Assembly: GCA_000320545.1 (NCBI GenBank)
Contig: ADNK01003097.1
Coordinates: 1-52,023, forward strand
DNA length: 52,023 bases
DNA from: Bigelowiella natans CCMP2755
Taxonomy: Eukaryota > Protista > Cercozoa
Direction of reading: 5' to 3'
Shown here: piece after piece, positions 15,021 to 27,100 of the stretch
Position numbering within the stretch: position 1 is the stretch's first letter
Layout: each line of letters opens with the position of its first letter
Translations under genes and position numbers: made by a program
The notes under the pieces: model-generated
What the model was told of the DNA's origin: nothing
Databases searched by the model: none
Seen by the model: the letters and a program-made list of their open reading frames with translations, nothing else

Positions 15021-15817
15021 GCAATAATTACAACGATACATAGAAGTTCAGTATTAAGAAATCCACAATAATGAAGGCTATCATTTACAGAGGACAGGGC
15101 TACATTGTGATACGTTATAACAAAGCACCACCGCATCCGACAATAGCCCTCGGAACAGCAGCAGCAGCAGCAGCAACAACAACAACACATACAACACAAA
15201 CAACACAAACAACAAAAACAGCACATACTACAACTACGATGATTACCATTAACAGCATTGTAGCTGCACATCACCCCAGCAGCCTTTTGTTTGTAGTAGT
15301 AGTAGTAGTAGTAGTAGCCGTAGTTAAATATTATATCATTATGATGAATAGCCTTGGTGGTGGTGGTGATAAGGACCTTCGCTCCCTGAAATGCCCTTTT
15401 GTACTGTGGAAGATACCTAAAAACCACAATAACAGCCCAGATAATAATGACGGCACACGAGGCGTTAATTCAACAAGCTTAGGCACAATCAAGACGTATT
15501 TGGGTGCGTGCGCGCAAGTGTACTTTATAATACGACCAAGAAAAACGGATGACAATCATTATCATTAGTGGATAGATATTATTTATCATTAGTAGATAGA
15601 TATTATTTATCATTATCATTAGTGGATATATATATTATTTAGGACGGGAAACACGATAAGGAGGAGATTCACTGACGAGTCAAAAAGATCAAATTTGGAG
15701 ATATTGAAGTCGGAATGGCCTCTGTTTGCCTCCATAGAATATGCGGTGAAATGCTTTAGAAATGCGAGCATTCGGGGATGTCTGCATGGTTCCACATATC
15801 ATGACTCAATGTTTCTT

Positions 15818-15852
<35 letters not shown>

Positions 15853-15956
15853 TTCACTAGACATTGTAATATTACTACTTCTTATACTACTGCATCTACT
15901 ACTGCTGCTGTTATTACTCACTACCCATTTTTGTCCAGCTCTTGGCAGCCATTAAC

Positions 15957-15996
<40 letters not shown>

Positions 15997-16903
15997 GACG
16001 GATTTATATGATTAGCAGCTCCTTCTTTATACTTGGAGCATAGACGACAACGATAACGACGATGACGAGGTTCTTCTTCTTGTTGTTGTTGTTGATTTTG
16101 TTTATCACGCAAGTCACTTAAGCTGCTGCACGCTTTAGAGAGAGAGAGAGTCAATGCATTTAATATCTAATCATTCTGTTGGCTTTATTGGTGTTCTGTA
16201 GTACATATTCAACAGCATATTCTCCCGATAAAAAAGGATCTTCAGATGGCAACTCGCTATTCCTTCCGAAACGAGGGTCTATTGGAAGAGTTTTCATTAT
16301 GAGATTTGCTACACACGCGCAGCAGCCCTCCCTCACACAAGTAAGACATCGGTTTATTCAAAATTATTATCTGGCATATAATCGCAGGTCATTTGAAGGA
16401 AATAAACCATGTAACATGAAGATTTGATCATCATTTAGGGAGATGACGAAAGAACCTCTCATCAGATTGATATTTGGTCCAAAGCCAGTAACTCCGATCA
16501 GTGACTGTGATGACGATGATAATGATGGTGGTGATGATGATAACTATATTTAGAATAATAATAATAATGATGGTGTGATAATGAGTGAAAATACAACAGT
16601 GACGCCCATTATAAAAATACCAGAATAATATCACATACACAGTTGCATGCATTGGCTGCTCCTCTCTTCTACGTATCCCCTTCGATCGTGCCGTCAATAT
16701 CAGTTTCTTAGCAACATGCAATCCATAGAAATATTGCAGATATTATTACTACTGCTGCTGCTGCTACTACTACTACTACTACTACTATGATGTGTTTTAC
16801 TACCTCAAGCCCTGTGCGACGATGCCAATTAGCATTGTTATAAGCTCTCAATTCACGTGAAATTACATGGCCCTGAGAGAAGTAGAAGCAGCAGCAGCAG
16901 CAG

Positions 16904-16936
<33 letters not shown>

Positions 16937-18083
16937 CAATCGGTATTAGAGAGAAGGTGGCACCTTCGCTCTGTTTCAACGAATGTACGATGTGTCTTGA
17001 CAACAATTTAGAAGAACATATACTTGATTAAGAGAAGCCCCTCAATTAATTAATTACATGGCAGTCCTACTTTCTCACTAACCAAATGCTTAAGGAACTT
17101 TCAAACAACAGCACCTTTAATTTCCAAGAAGATCGATTAAATGAGGCCTGACGGTAGTGAATGACAACACTTAAACGCTCCACAGATTGATTGACTTTCT
17201 CTCTTCTTTCTTCTTCTTCCTTTCAATGATGTACACAAGTACCGCCATCGCTGCTGGAGACGGGAAAACAGTCGAGCACTGTTGCTTATTTAAGCACGCT
17301 GCTGCCACACCCTACAATTTGCATCGTACATATTCACACAGATCGCACATATTCACACAGACAAAAATAGTATAAATTACACCCTTTACTTTCGTATCAG
17401 AACATATCAATGAAGATTATGTGTTTAACTGATCGCTTAATACACTGCATTTTTTCGATGTATTTTTCTTACACAAGAAGATGCTGCTATTAGCACTGCA
17501 GCTATAAGTTTCTTACCGTACTCTCTACAACCAACATTCATACCGTTCTACCTAGCTTTCTACTACCGTATTCGTCTCTACGAGCCACATGTACTGAGGA
17601 ATGTCCAACCTCGGAACACCTGTTGGCATGTATTTTTACTGATAAAAGCAACATCTTTCATCTTATTTTTGTTTATCGAATATCATCTCTGCTGTGGCAG
17701 AATCCAAGAGTTTCCTCGTCTTATCGTCGTCGTATCGTCGTCGTACTACTGCCTACCTACCTCTGGTGTGTGTGTCGCAATTATTTCCCAACTCTGTGTC
17801 AGGGGAGAGCATCTTCACTTTTTCAGATAGCGATAAACGATCGATGATATCTTGGACGCCTACGAGGAAGCATGAGTGTGTACATTAACAAGTCATACGA
17901 AAACAAAACTCCAATAAACTTACGTTCCATATGTGAGAGTGAAGTGTTGCAGAACGGCATCTCGCGTGTCCGAGGAGTACGGCAAGCCCAATAACTTGGT
18001 ACTACGGAGACATTGTTTGGATCCAATGCCGTTGGAGATATGCCCCTCACAAGGCTAGCTACGAAGAGGAACACCAGCAGCAT
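7969..18083 (-). CDS. Secreted glycoside hydrolase family 3 beta-xylosidase/arabinofuranosidase with C-terminal Fn3-like domain, ~30+ small exons
   Basis: Signal peptide MLLVFLFVASLVRG. Exons give PFCNTSLS, LSLSEKV, GVPRLDIPQYMW, STVFPSP, ASFNRS, GPNINLMR/DPRFGRNSELPSEDP, LKHFTAY, VMCSYNAVNG, VTSDCGAV (nucleophile Asp), SFVLLKN, ETEGKDR, IQLPGIQ, AFYPGPEGGQALA, GRLPYT, PGRTYR, FGSGLSYTTF, RRVIAFDR and GKHTLLL..PF stop (7969-7971). Confidence 0.93.
8881..9110. repeat. Compound microsatellite (GGA)n-(CA)n-(GA)n-(CTA)n in a GH3 intron, representative of many intronic SSRs in the window
   Basis: Directly visible. Similar (TA)n, (CAT)n, (TAG)n, (CT)n and (CA)n runs occur throughout the introns. 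Confidence 0.95.
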
Positions 18084-18544
18084 TGGTTACAACGGGTGGT
18101 GCCTCGTTTTCGGAAAGAGGTGTTGCTGTGATGCTTGTTTCAGAAATTTATTTACCGATAATATATCTAATATTTATTCTCTATTTTTAGGACCCCTCAT
18201 GGCGCTATTACCAATGGCCCGGAAGTAAAATTCCATATAGATCCACAAAATGACGTAGTTTCTAGGGTATATTTATGCCTAAAATTTCATCTTCAAGCAC
18301 GAATCCGACGACCTGACCTTCGAATCAGGAAGATGGCATCTCGCATACCCCTTCCAAAAACTGGGCAAAACAGCTTCATCCAGAGCATAGCGACGGGAGT
18401 TTTAGGTTGTCGCTTAATATGACTCTCAGGGCTACAGCCTCGAATAATTTCGGTTTCCAACCGACATGAACACAGACTTGTCGTCATACCAAAACACAGC
18501 ACATTCTCGATTTTTTAGTGAAAACCGGTCGTTTGCCAAACTCG

Positions 18545-19270
18545 ATGCTTCAGATGCTCCTCCTCTTGATCCTCCTAGCTTGCCCCCTCTCTCGGGGGGT
18601 GATCGAACAATCCCGCTGGCGCAATCGTAAGATGACATTTTCAAAAAGTCAAAGAGTCGGGCAGTATGCGCAGGTTGTGACGGATCCCGTAACAGGAAAG
18701 CCCCTCAGCGTATATCACAGCTTGTCAAAGATGTACGGAATCGTGGGAGTTTTCGGAGATGATGCAGCTGCGCATCCAGTCCCGCTTGCAGAAAATCAAA
18801 GGGGAAAGATATCCGGGGAGATTGGAAAGTTTCTGAAGGCCGCATTATTGGGTGATGGCCGCACGCTTGTCGCAGCTTTCAGCATAGAATATCCTGCTGT
18901 GGGAGCGTCTCTAGGGCATCTGAGGTGTGACGTTGATTTTGAAGGTGAACAACTTTCTTGTTCAGAGGTGAGACTGCTTGTCCCGAAATCTGGTAGATTT
19001 GTTGAAAGAGGCTGGAGGCATACAAGCCTATCAACATGTGGCGATGAAAATAGCCATAGTTCCAACTTCTCTTACACCGCCGATTCGCACCCATCTACCA
19101 CCCATTTTGTAGTAGCCTCTTCCACCAAAATAAAGAGTGCAGTCTGGATCTGCGCGTGCCAATTATATGAGAATAATAATCTTTTTCTAAACTATAGTAA
19201 TGGCACTCGACTCATTGAAAAATTTTCATTCCCTGCCGCTTCACAGCAACCGGCACCTTGCAAAAGCTGA
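18545..19270 (+). CDS. Hypothetical secreted protein in an uninterrupted ORF; possibly the first exon of, or fused to, the downstream LRR gene
   Basis: ORF of about 240 aa beginning MLQMLLLLILLACPLSRG (signal-peptide-like), with ordinary globular composition. No family recognised. Confidence 0.55.
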   Translation: MLQMLLLLILLACPLSRGVIEQSRWRNRKMTFSKSQRVGQYAQVVTDPVTGKPLSVYHSLSKMYGIVGVFGDDAAAHPVPLAENQRGKISGEIGKFLKAALLGDGRTLVAAFSIEYPAVGASLGHLRCDVDFEGEQLSCSEVRLLVPKSGRFVERGWRHTSLSTCGDENSHSSNFSYTADSHPSTTHFVVASSTKIKSAVWICACQLYENNNLFLNYSNGTRLIEKFSFPAASQQPAPCKS

Positions 19271-20186
19271 AATCCTTGAAGAATCTGAAGAAGCTAACTC
19301 TCCACGGAAATCAGAACGTAGCATCATCATTTGCTATTTGTGAATTTATGTCTCTCTTGCTAAATGGATGCATGTTTACTTTCACAGGTGATTGATAAAG
19401 GGACGCGCTTCCTGAAGATGGTGAAAGGGTAAAAACCGGCTGCCGCATACATTAAATTTTTGTGTTTTTCTGTTTTTCCGGAGCCATTAAGGACCTGTAG
19501 ATGTGGCCATCTCCGCAAGTCGCATTGTCGAAAGTATAGTGGGATGGTTTCGTATTGAATGTCCCTCGCTGCCTCAGAAACGTATCCCTATTGCATCCAA
19601 CACCATCCCCCAACGAGCAGCAGACAACACTAAATCATCTTCTTCCCATGGCTCTGTTATCACCCGAAACTAGGTCCCTCAAGCGCACAAAGGCTGAGTC
19701 GAAGGCAGCTCTGTTGAAGTTGCCTGTATCACGCATCAAAGAACAATGCACGCTGGTAGCATGGCGGGGGGGGGAGTGGGGTGGGAGAGAGTTAGCACTA
19801 TTATTTGGATTCCGATGTTACGTGTTTGTCCCATACAAAACGATCTCCGAACTAACACTATGAACCATGAAATGTTCCTATCATTGACGTGGATTTCGAT
19901 GTAGAAATTGCGCCGCGAATCCGCTTTGTTTTTTCGTCAGCTGCATGCCTGAATAACAATCACCAAGTTCTGAAATAATCCCAAATTTGAAACAAATCAG
20001 TTGAAACACTTCGGGTTGCAGTACCCTGCCGGCAATAAAGAGGGCGCTGTGAAGGCTATTCTCAAGTTCATTTATGCGGACATAACGAATCACCATTACA
20101 GACCTCCAGCAACTGCTGAAACAAGGTAACTCACCATCCATCTTGCTTCGATCGCATCCTCTTTCGCTCCCCCCCCCCTCCCCGCG

Positions 20187-20236
<50 letters not shown>

Positions 20237-20879
20237 CGCTCGCTCGCTCGCTCGCTCATTCACTTTGTTTATCTATCTGTCAATCTTACAAATGCGTTCG
20301 TTTGATGAGTGTGTGAGTGTGTGAGTGCGTTCATGCGTGTGACGATGATCGCTCTATGGCCTTATGTTTCCCAATCAGCATGGAAGATAAGAAGATAATC
20401 ACTCTCGAAGACATCAAAAATTATAGGTGGAGGAGCATGTAGAGGGGCACGCTATTTTGATTTCCCGTTGCAATTCCCTCGCCGCACATGAATTACAATG
20501 AAACTCATCATGTTGTGTATCCGGTGGTAGCGTAGATTGATAAATATATACTGTTCGGCTTCCTGAGCGGGGGGTGCTTATGTGCATAGCGATTGTAGTA
20601 TTGATGCTGCTTTGCTTTACTCTAGGTTCAAGGTCATCTCATATGTTCCCTCATTAAATGTTCTGGATTACATCGGGATCACCCCTCATGAGCGAGATCA
20701 AGCTTGGCGTCAAATTGGTAGGATGATGACACGCACCATAGGGCATAGACGCGTTTTTTAGGGGAAGGCGGGGCCAAGGGAGGGTAGAAACGGAATGCAC
20801 ATTTTAAATGGTTTGATGTGCAAACTAAGGATCAAGAATGAAGCCTGAAAAGAAGGGCGATGACGACGAGGAGCTTTGA
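19246..20879 (+). CDS. Leucine-rich-repeat protein with LRRcap (LRRC51/U2A'-type), multi-exon, 5' end unresolved
   Basis: One exon reads LQKLKSLKNLKKLTLHGN (LRR consensus). Later exons read ITLEDIKNYR/FKVISYVPSLNVLDYIGITPHERDQAW, matching the LRRcap pattern YR..VI...P.L..LD...IT..ER..A. The last exon is KPEKKGDDDEEL stop. Confidence 0.65.
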
Positions 20880-21933
20880 AAGTGGGAATCGAAAGTAGGA
20901 ACTAGTCCTATGAAGTGAAATGTCAATCAGAACATGCAAACGTGTAATCACATCGGGACCTTCAGCTAAAGCCTGTTTATCAGCTTGGCCCTCCTCCTCT
21001 TTCTCTTCCTCCTCCTCGTGCTGTCTCCTCCCATGCCTCTCCTCTCTTTTTGACCACAGGTGCGCCGAATCTCTGACATCGTCTCCACACACATCGAGAG
21101 GAAAACAAACGTGATGCATCGACAAACAGCCTCATGTTCTTGGGATGGTCAACTTGCAAATTTACAGCATCTAGGCATTGCCACATTGACATCATTGTTG
21201 TGCCTCTCTAGCTCTGCAGAAATGCAAGATTGTCTCTTGTCATGTCAACACGTGAACAATAAATATAATCATGCATCGTCACATTGGCACAACCATGTCC
21301 TTGTGGGGACATGTGGGAAATTGCTTCCGAACAACATAAAAGTGCACATTCATGCGCAGCAAATGTCATTTGCGATGATGGACAGCATGCAACATGATTG
21401 TTGCGTGACATCGATGCTGCTACGTGACTTTCGTGAATATGAAGAATGTATGAGCCTGGATGCAAAGAACAAGGCAATTTCTCATTATTTACATATTTCG
21501 ACCATGCGCCTCTTTCTTCATTTGCATCCTTATTTTTCACCTTTGCAATGTACTTAGATGACATCATCGCCAAATTTATGATTCTCATCACTTCTTACTT
21601 ACTTATAAAACTAGAAGTATGAAGCATCGAGTGTGGAAAGATTTTCCTTAAAAGATTGATACAGTACTTCCCTACATTTACTTAAATTTGCTTGATTTAT
21701 CTATAAGCTTCTAAATTTGTCCAGAGATAAAAATATTATTTTCAGAGTTTCATTGTTTTCGATAACTTTCATGATCAAATCATAATGATAATAGTAATGA
21801 TAATGATAATTATGTTGCTACGTGATTCTATGTTGCAAGAAAAACGAACGAATCCTTGCTTTGTAATGCAATCATTGGTTCTTTAATGTTCCTTCATCGA
21901 CGGCACCCAACTACTACTGCTCAATTTACTCCT

Positions 21934-24060
21934 TTATTCCCACTTATAGCTGGGATGCAGCATTCTGATCTGAACTGCGTTCCGACACTGAGTCACTAAT
22001 TCCTCTCGCTTGTGGTCGCGAGTATTATGTCCTCTTTGGATCATCGTAAGGTGGAGGCCATAGATGCCTCTGTTGTTTCCGTTTACGTTGTACACACTGA
22101 GAGATTGCAGCAAACTGTCTGGCATGTCAAGAAAATCTATCACGTCTCCAATAGTATCATCAAAATCGCTCATTAGGTCCTCGAAATGGAGCGTGTATGT
22201 GCGTGAGTCATTGACAGTCTTACGAGCAACATAAAGCATGTTTTCAATCGTGAAATATGAAGCCGCAGCCTCCAGAGCAAGTCCTTGTTCTCTATGAAAG
22301 TGGGTGGAGGAGGAGGAGGGGGGAGGAGGAGGAGTAAAAGTAAGAGTCAGGTGACGAACAATGGATACATGTAGGACACACGTAACGTTTTACGTATGTT
22401 AAGTTTTATATACCGATAATTAGAGCTGATGAGATGGTGTATTATGAAGAGGAAGGAAAAAGCAAAAAGCTGAAGCTATCGTAAAAACATCTATCAATAT
22501 GGATACATGTAAACTGAAACTATGTGATGATTTGGGGTGCACACGCACAACGTAGCATACGTTGGTAATGCATTGAGGGCATCTGCATAGTTGATTTTAT
22601 CTGGATCAAGTCCCATCATTTCCAATGTCGACGAAACGTTGCAAAATATATTCCTTAACGCCTCTGGGTACCTGAATAACCGTTCAAGAGTATGGAAAGG
22701 AGAACATGGTAATGAGGGATTCTTTTTTTCCTATTTTTTGAAACGATTGCCGCCTACTCTAAACATTAAAAATGTCAACAGCGTTGAATTTTTTTGTTAG
22801 TTATACGTTGTCCGTCCCCCAGAATTTTCCAGCATCGCTTCCTCAAATATCTTACAGTTTTGGAAATGTGCAATGTTACGGCCATTCATGCAGTATCTGA
22901 TAGGATAGCAACGAGACACTATTTTAGGTAGATAAAAAAGAGATAGAATAGCGATAATCTGATGGCATTTGCTTGCTTGACGAGTGCACGACAAGAACTA
23001 CTAACACAAAGCTGACATATTTCCTCTTTCTCCTCCTTATTTCTTCTTCCCCCTTTTATTTCTACTCTCTTCGTACGCCGAACTTCTGTCCCGACTCGTT
23101 CTAATGGTTATTTCCAGGCCCGTCCTTCCTTCCGATCAACACCTTCCTCATATCGTCCCTTACCACCAACATAAAGAATCACTTTATCTATCTGACTATC
23201 TTACTCTTTTCCGGTCGAAAAGCCACAACTTTGCTTGATCTTTGACGGGAATTCGTAAGTCCAAGTTTCGGGTTTCCGCCGGTGGTACTTGTACCCCGAC
23301 GCGATGATGCCGCACGGTTCGCGCACAAAATGGACGAATCGGAAGTTGGGTGTTGACGATACGTTCTGGGGTAGCCATCTTCTCCAATTACTGTTCAGGA
23401 AGAATAAGATGAATAAGATCAATGAACATAAATCATCATCATCATATATATTTTTGTCAACATAATTGCATCGTCAGAGTGCTACTTACTGCGATAAACA
23501 ACCTATGCACAGAAAGGTCCCGATTGTAAAAGGCTGAATCGTTGGCAATATGCTCAAACTGCGATCCTGATGTGTGGACACCACACTCCAGTGCCATATG
23601 TGCACACAAACGTGCGAAGACTTTCCTAGCCAACGTCGAGCCGGTTTTGTGATGTGCCCCAACGATAACATATGGTCTTGTTCCATGATTCGACCGCGGT
23701 GTTAGGACGTAGCTGCGGAGAGCATGAATGAAGCAAGCTCCTCTAATTCCACTGCGGATTAAAAAATCCATTCCCTGATGGTGGACATGGTTGGATATTA
23801 TGAGGTCACTCGAACACGGCACTATAGATATGGATTGAGTAGACCTGCTTGGAACGGGGTTTCCAATTTCTAATGTGGTCCGCATGTGCCTTGTTGATTT
23901 TTTTCTGCACCCACATATCAATCTGCTTCGAGCAGGTAGTATCGATGGCAACAATCGCCTCCGGTAGCACCTGGGATACTGCTATGTGTGCTATGACCAA
24001 CACAATGAAGCAAAGACCCAAAAAGAAATAGAATGCCCCCTTCCACTTGCTCATGCTCAT
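21934..24060 (-). CDS. Type II membrane (Golgi-type) sulfotransferase-family protein, multi-exon
   Basis: N-terminal TM helix AFYFFLGLCFIVLVIAHIAV, 5'-PSB loop GAHHKTGST, 3'-PB motif FVHFVREP..IASGYKYH, and LHFEDLMSDFDDTIGDVIDFL. Confidence 0.82.
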
Positions 24061-24275
24061 CGTTTGAATGCCTCCTGGGGCAAGCTGCAGAATCGACCAC
24101 AGGATTGGACAATTAGTCGACTTTTTTCAATTCACAATGCGAAAAGGTCATTACATCGAGATTCTTTCTAAAATGTGTTGTCGCAAGGCGAAAGTGCAGC
24201 TAATCTTCGTGCATTTGCCGCAAACGACGACCAATCAGCAGCCCACAACGTAGATCTAGTTAGAGTTTGCAACCG

Positions 24276-25112
24276 TCAATCGTGTTCTCGCAACAATGAG
24301 ACTCTAGTGGTCCCGCAGGCTTTCTGTGTTGCGATTCCTCCCTTGCACTGCTGCCAAACCTGTGTCGCTTGCACGACGATCGACATGGGGCCCTCGTTCT
24401 GCAAAGCCGCAAGGACCAGCGTCTCGTTGTGCCTGTCGAGGCACTGGAAAGATCCAAACTGTCCCACCTTCTTGGACTCCTTTCCGGAGTCGCAAGCGTC
24501 GTCCTTTCCTGTGTAGGGGTAGTCCTCCTCTGTCGCTATCCCGCCGTTATTGATTGCCCACTGGAAGGCCGTGTCGGGTCCACCACCTTTGCAACCGTGG
24601 TCATCCCCGGAAGTGTCGCAAGAGACCAGCTCCTGCTCAGAGAAGGATGCGAGCTTTCCCGTTTTTCTAAACCAGGCTCCCTCCATGCATCCCGTAGCGC
24701 TAAAGCTCCAGCACGACCCGCAAGACGCCTGGTTTTTCACTGGGGTCACGGCGCCCTCCTTTCTCCAGTCGATCGCCTGGGACAGGTTGCAGGTCTTTGT
24801 GTACTCCGTGATGGGACTCTTCCAGCAGGTCCCCTGCAGCCCGTAGGGCTTGGGCATGAGCCGCGCGGAGCTGAAGTCTTCCCAGCACTGGTCCGAGTAG
24901 ATGTTTTCGCCGAGCTCAAGGCTAGAGGTGCTGCTGTTGGACTGGTATCTGCGGATCATTTCCATGTTCTCTTTCCAACACTCCTGTGCCCGTGATTCGG
25001 CCAGCGGAGCATCGTAAGACTTCCCGAACTTGAGTTTGAAGGCTTGGAAGGTGCCATAATCGGCGGTGGCGGCGGCGAGGGCGAAGTAAATGATCAGGTG
25101 AGAGAGGCGCAT
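24276..25112 (-). pseudogene. Intronless papain-family (C1A, cathepsin L-like) cysteine protease, 3'-truncated, lacking the catalytic His/Asn region
   Basis: Signal peptide, I29-like prodomain, DWRKEGAVTPVKNQASCGSCWSFS, SEQELVSCD, GCKGG, YPY. Similarity stops after KACGT, and no H-A-V..VGYG or KNSWG segment is found before the next gene. Confidence 0.8.
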
Positions 25113-25272
25113 GCTTTGATTCGATGACAGGGGCGATTGTCGTTTTGCGTGGGGCGCAAAGAGGGGAGGTAGGAGGGTTGTTACACGACACTACTTCCTG
25201 AAACACGTACGAAAAGGATTATGCGACAAGGAAATGTGCCACTTGCTCTTGGAGGCGTTTCACGCTCCACAT

Positions 25273-25308
<36 letters not shown>

Positions 25309-25371
25309 TTTGTACGTGTGTTGTATGTTTACGTGTTGTGTGTGTGTGTGTGTGTATGTGTATTCTATTGA

Positions 25372-25632
25372 CTAGGTGGGCAGGCAGAATGTTGGGAATA
25401 TTACGTATATTTCGTCATCTAAGCTTCCCTGGAAATCGACACCGGTAGTAGCAGTAGTAGTAGTAGTAGTAGTTGTAGGAGGAGGAGGAGGAGGAGGAAT
25501 AGCAGCAGCAGCAATGTGCGCATATATCGCCCGCTTGTAGGAGGAACGCCGTCTCTTCAATCTTTTGAGTAGGGAGGCCGATTGTCTCTCATCGTGTACC
25601 TGTTCATTCGCATCAACTACATTAATATGATA

Positions 25633-25672
<40 letters not shown>

Positions 25673-25945
25673 CACAGATGTGTATTATGCACATACGTGT
25701 GGTGTATGTGCGTGTGTGTGTGTGTTTGTAAAATTGTAAAAAAATATGTTTTTGTTATCACCGCAGCAAACGTTCACTGTGGGCGGTGCATTGGAGACCT
25801 TTGCCTTCGGTGCCTCGGCTCCTGACAGCCTCTCAGAGTTGTACCTTAGAGCCAACGATACGACAGGGTCAGTGGGGGGGGGGGAACGACTCGGCCTTTT
25901 CTCTGGAGTAGCAGCAACGTTTCCTTGTCTTTTCCCGGTGTTGTT
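25372..25945 (-). CDS. Small hypothetical two-exon protein or gene fragment
   Basis: Coding-like exons ~25945-25762 (GKRQGNVAATPEKRPSRSPPPTDPVV...) and ~25616-25372 (DANEQVHDERQSASLLKRLKRRR...). Start not identified. Confidence 0.3.
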
Positions 25946-26128
25946 TGTTTGCTTGTGGTATCCACTCCAAAAAAATTTTGAGTCTTCTTTCTGCTATGTT
26001 TACTCTCTTCGCAAGTTTATATATAATATATGCCCCTTACATGTGTTTCTGTATATTTCGACTTCGATCGGCCAAAAACAGGCACTTACGTGACGTGAAG
26101 CTCCCAGAGCACCCTTTCACGCTCTCTC

Positions 26129-26249
26129 ATGCAGCGGCTGCCATGGTCTATTTGCTACTGCAACGTTATAAGTCTTCTATGTAGAAACGGCTTAATACGA
26201 AAGCTAGCTTATATCGCGGAGATGTACAATGCGACTAGTGCGAACGTAT

Positions 26250-26288
<39 letters not shown>

Positions 26289-26411
26289 CAAGGGCTACTT
26301 CCTTCCTATTGTCATTTATCTCTCAGGGTTATGATTTTGCTGACGAGATTAGCTCACAACTCGGTATTATTCTGTATCATTATCATTATTATTAGTATTA
26401 TTCGTAGTGGC

Positions 26412-26443
<32 letters not shown>

Positions 26444-27100
26444 CAGTCGTGCTAGGGAGAAGCAAGAGGAGAAGGAGAAGGAAGAATTCTCTTCTATTGA
26501 AAATTCTAAGCGTTTGGTTATAGCATGAAATCATCAAATCATCATCAAATCATCATCAGCATCATCATCATCATCGTAATCGATCATTAATACTTCCACA
26601 ACAACCAACAAGGCCCCATCTCACCGCTTCTATCGGCACTACTCGGCTTCAAGTACCCCTACTTCTCTCCCTCCGCCCAAGCCAGTGCGCCGCTGCCCTC
26701 CATGAACGACTTCATCGCTGATGCTACTAGCAAGATCTTACAGGAAGGGATCGGGATGGTTGAAAACAAGCGGCAGCAGCAGCTCCTCCGCACGGTGCAC
26801 AAGCAGCATGCAATCATGGGTTTCCGACGAGAAAGGGTGGGATGGTGGGGGGCTGCACATCGCATCGCACGCGGTGGTGCATTTGTGCAGTGAAATCATG
26901 CCATCAGTCCCCACCTTGCGCAAACAGCCGCCGCTGCCGCCGCTTTGCACAGCTACGAACATTGGGATGACAATTGAAATGATTTGATCACTTCACAGCA
27001 TCCATCTCATGTTTCTGATGATGGAGTGTGTAGACATGAGACGGATGCAATGAATTGGTCACATCATTTCAATGGTCTCTCTGATGTGGCCATGCAAAGC
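26129..27100 (+). pseudogene. Hypothetical multi-exon gene or relic whose 3' part lies in a TpA-depleted tract
   Basis: Exon-like pieces NGLIRKLAYIAEMYNAT, GYDFADEISSQL, RAREKQEEKEKEEFSSIENSKRL and MNDFIADATSKILQEGIGMVENKRQQQLLR, with GT/AG borders. The downstream part is degraded. Confidence 0.3.

Noticed and set aside
24369-24995. 208-aa plus-strand ORF
   Set aside because: Antisense shadow of the GC-rich protease coding sequence.
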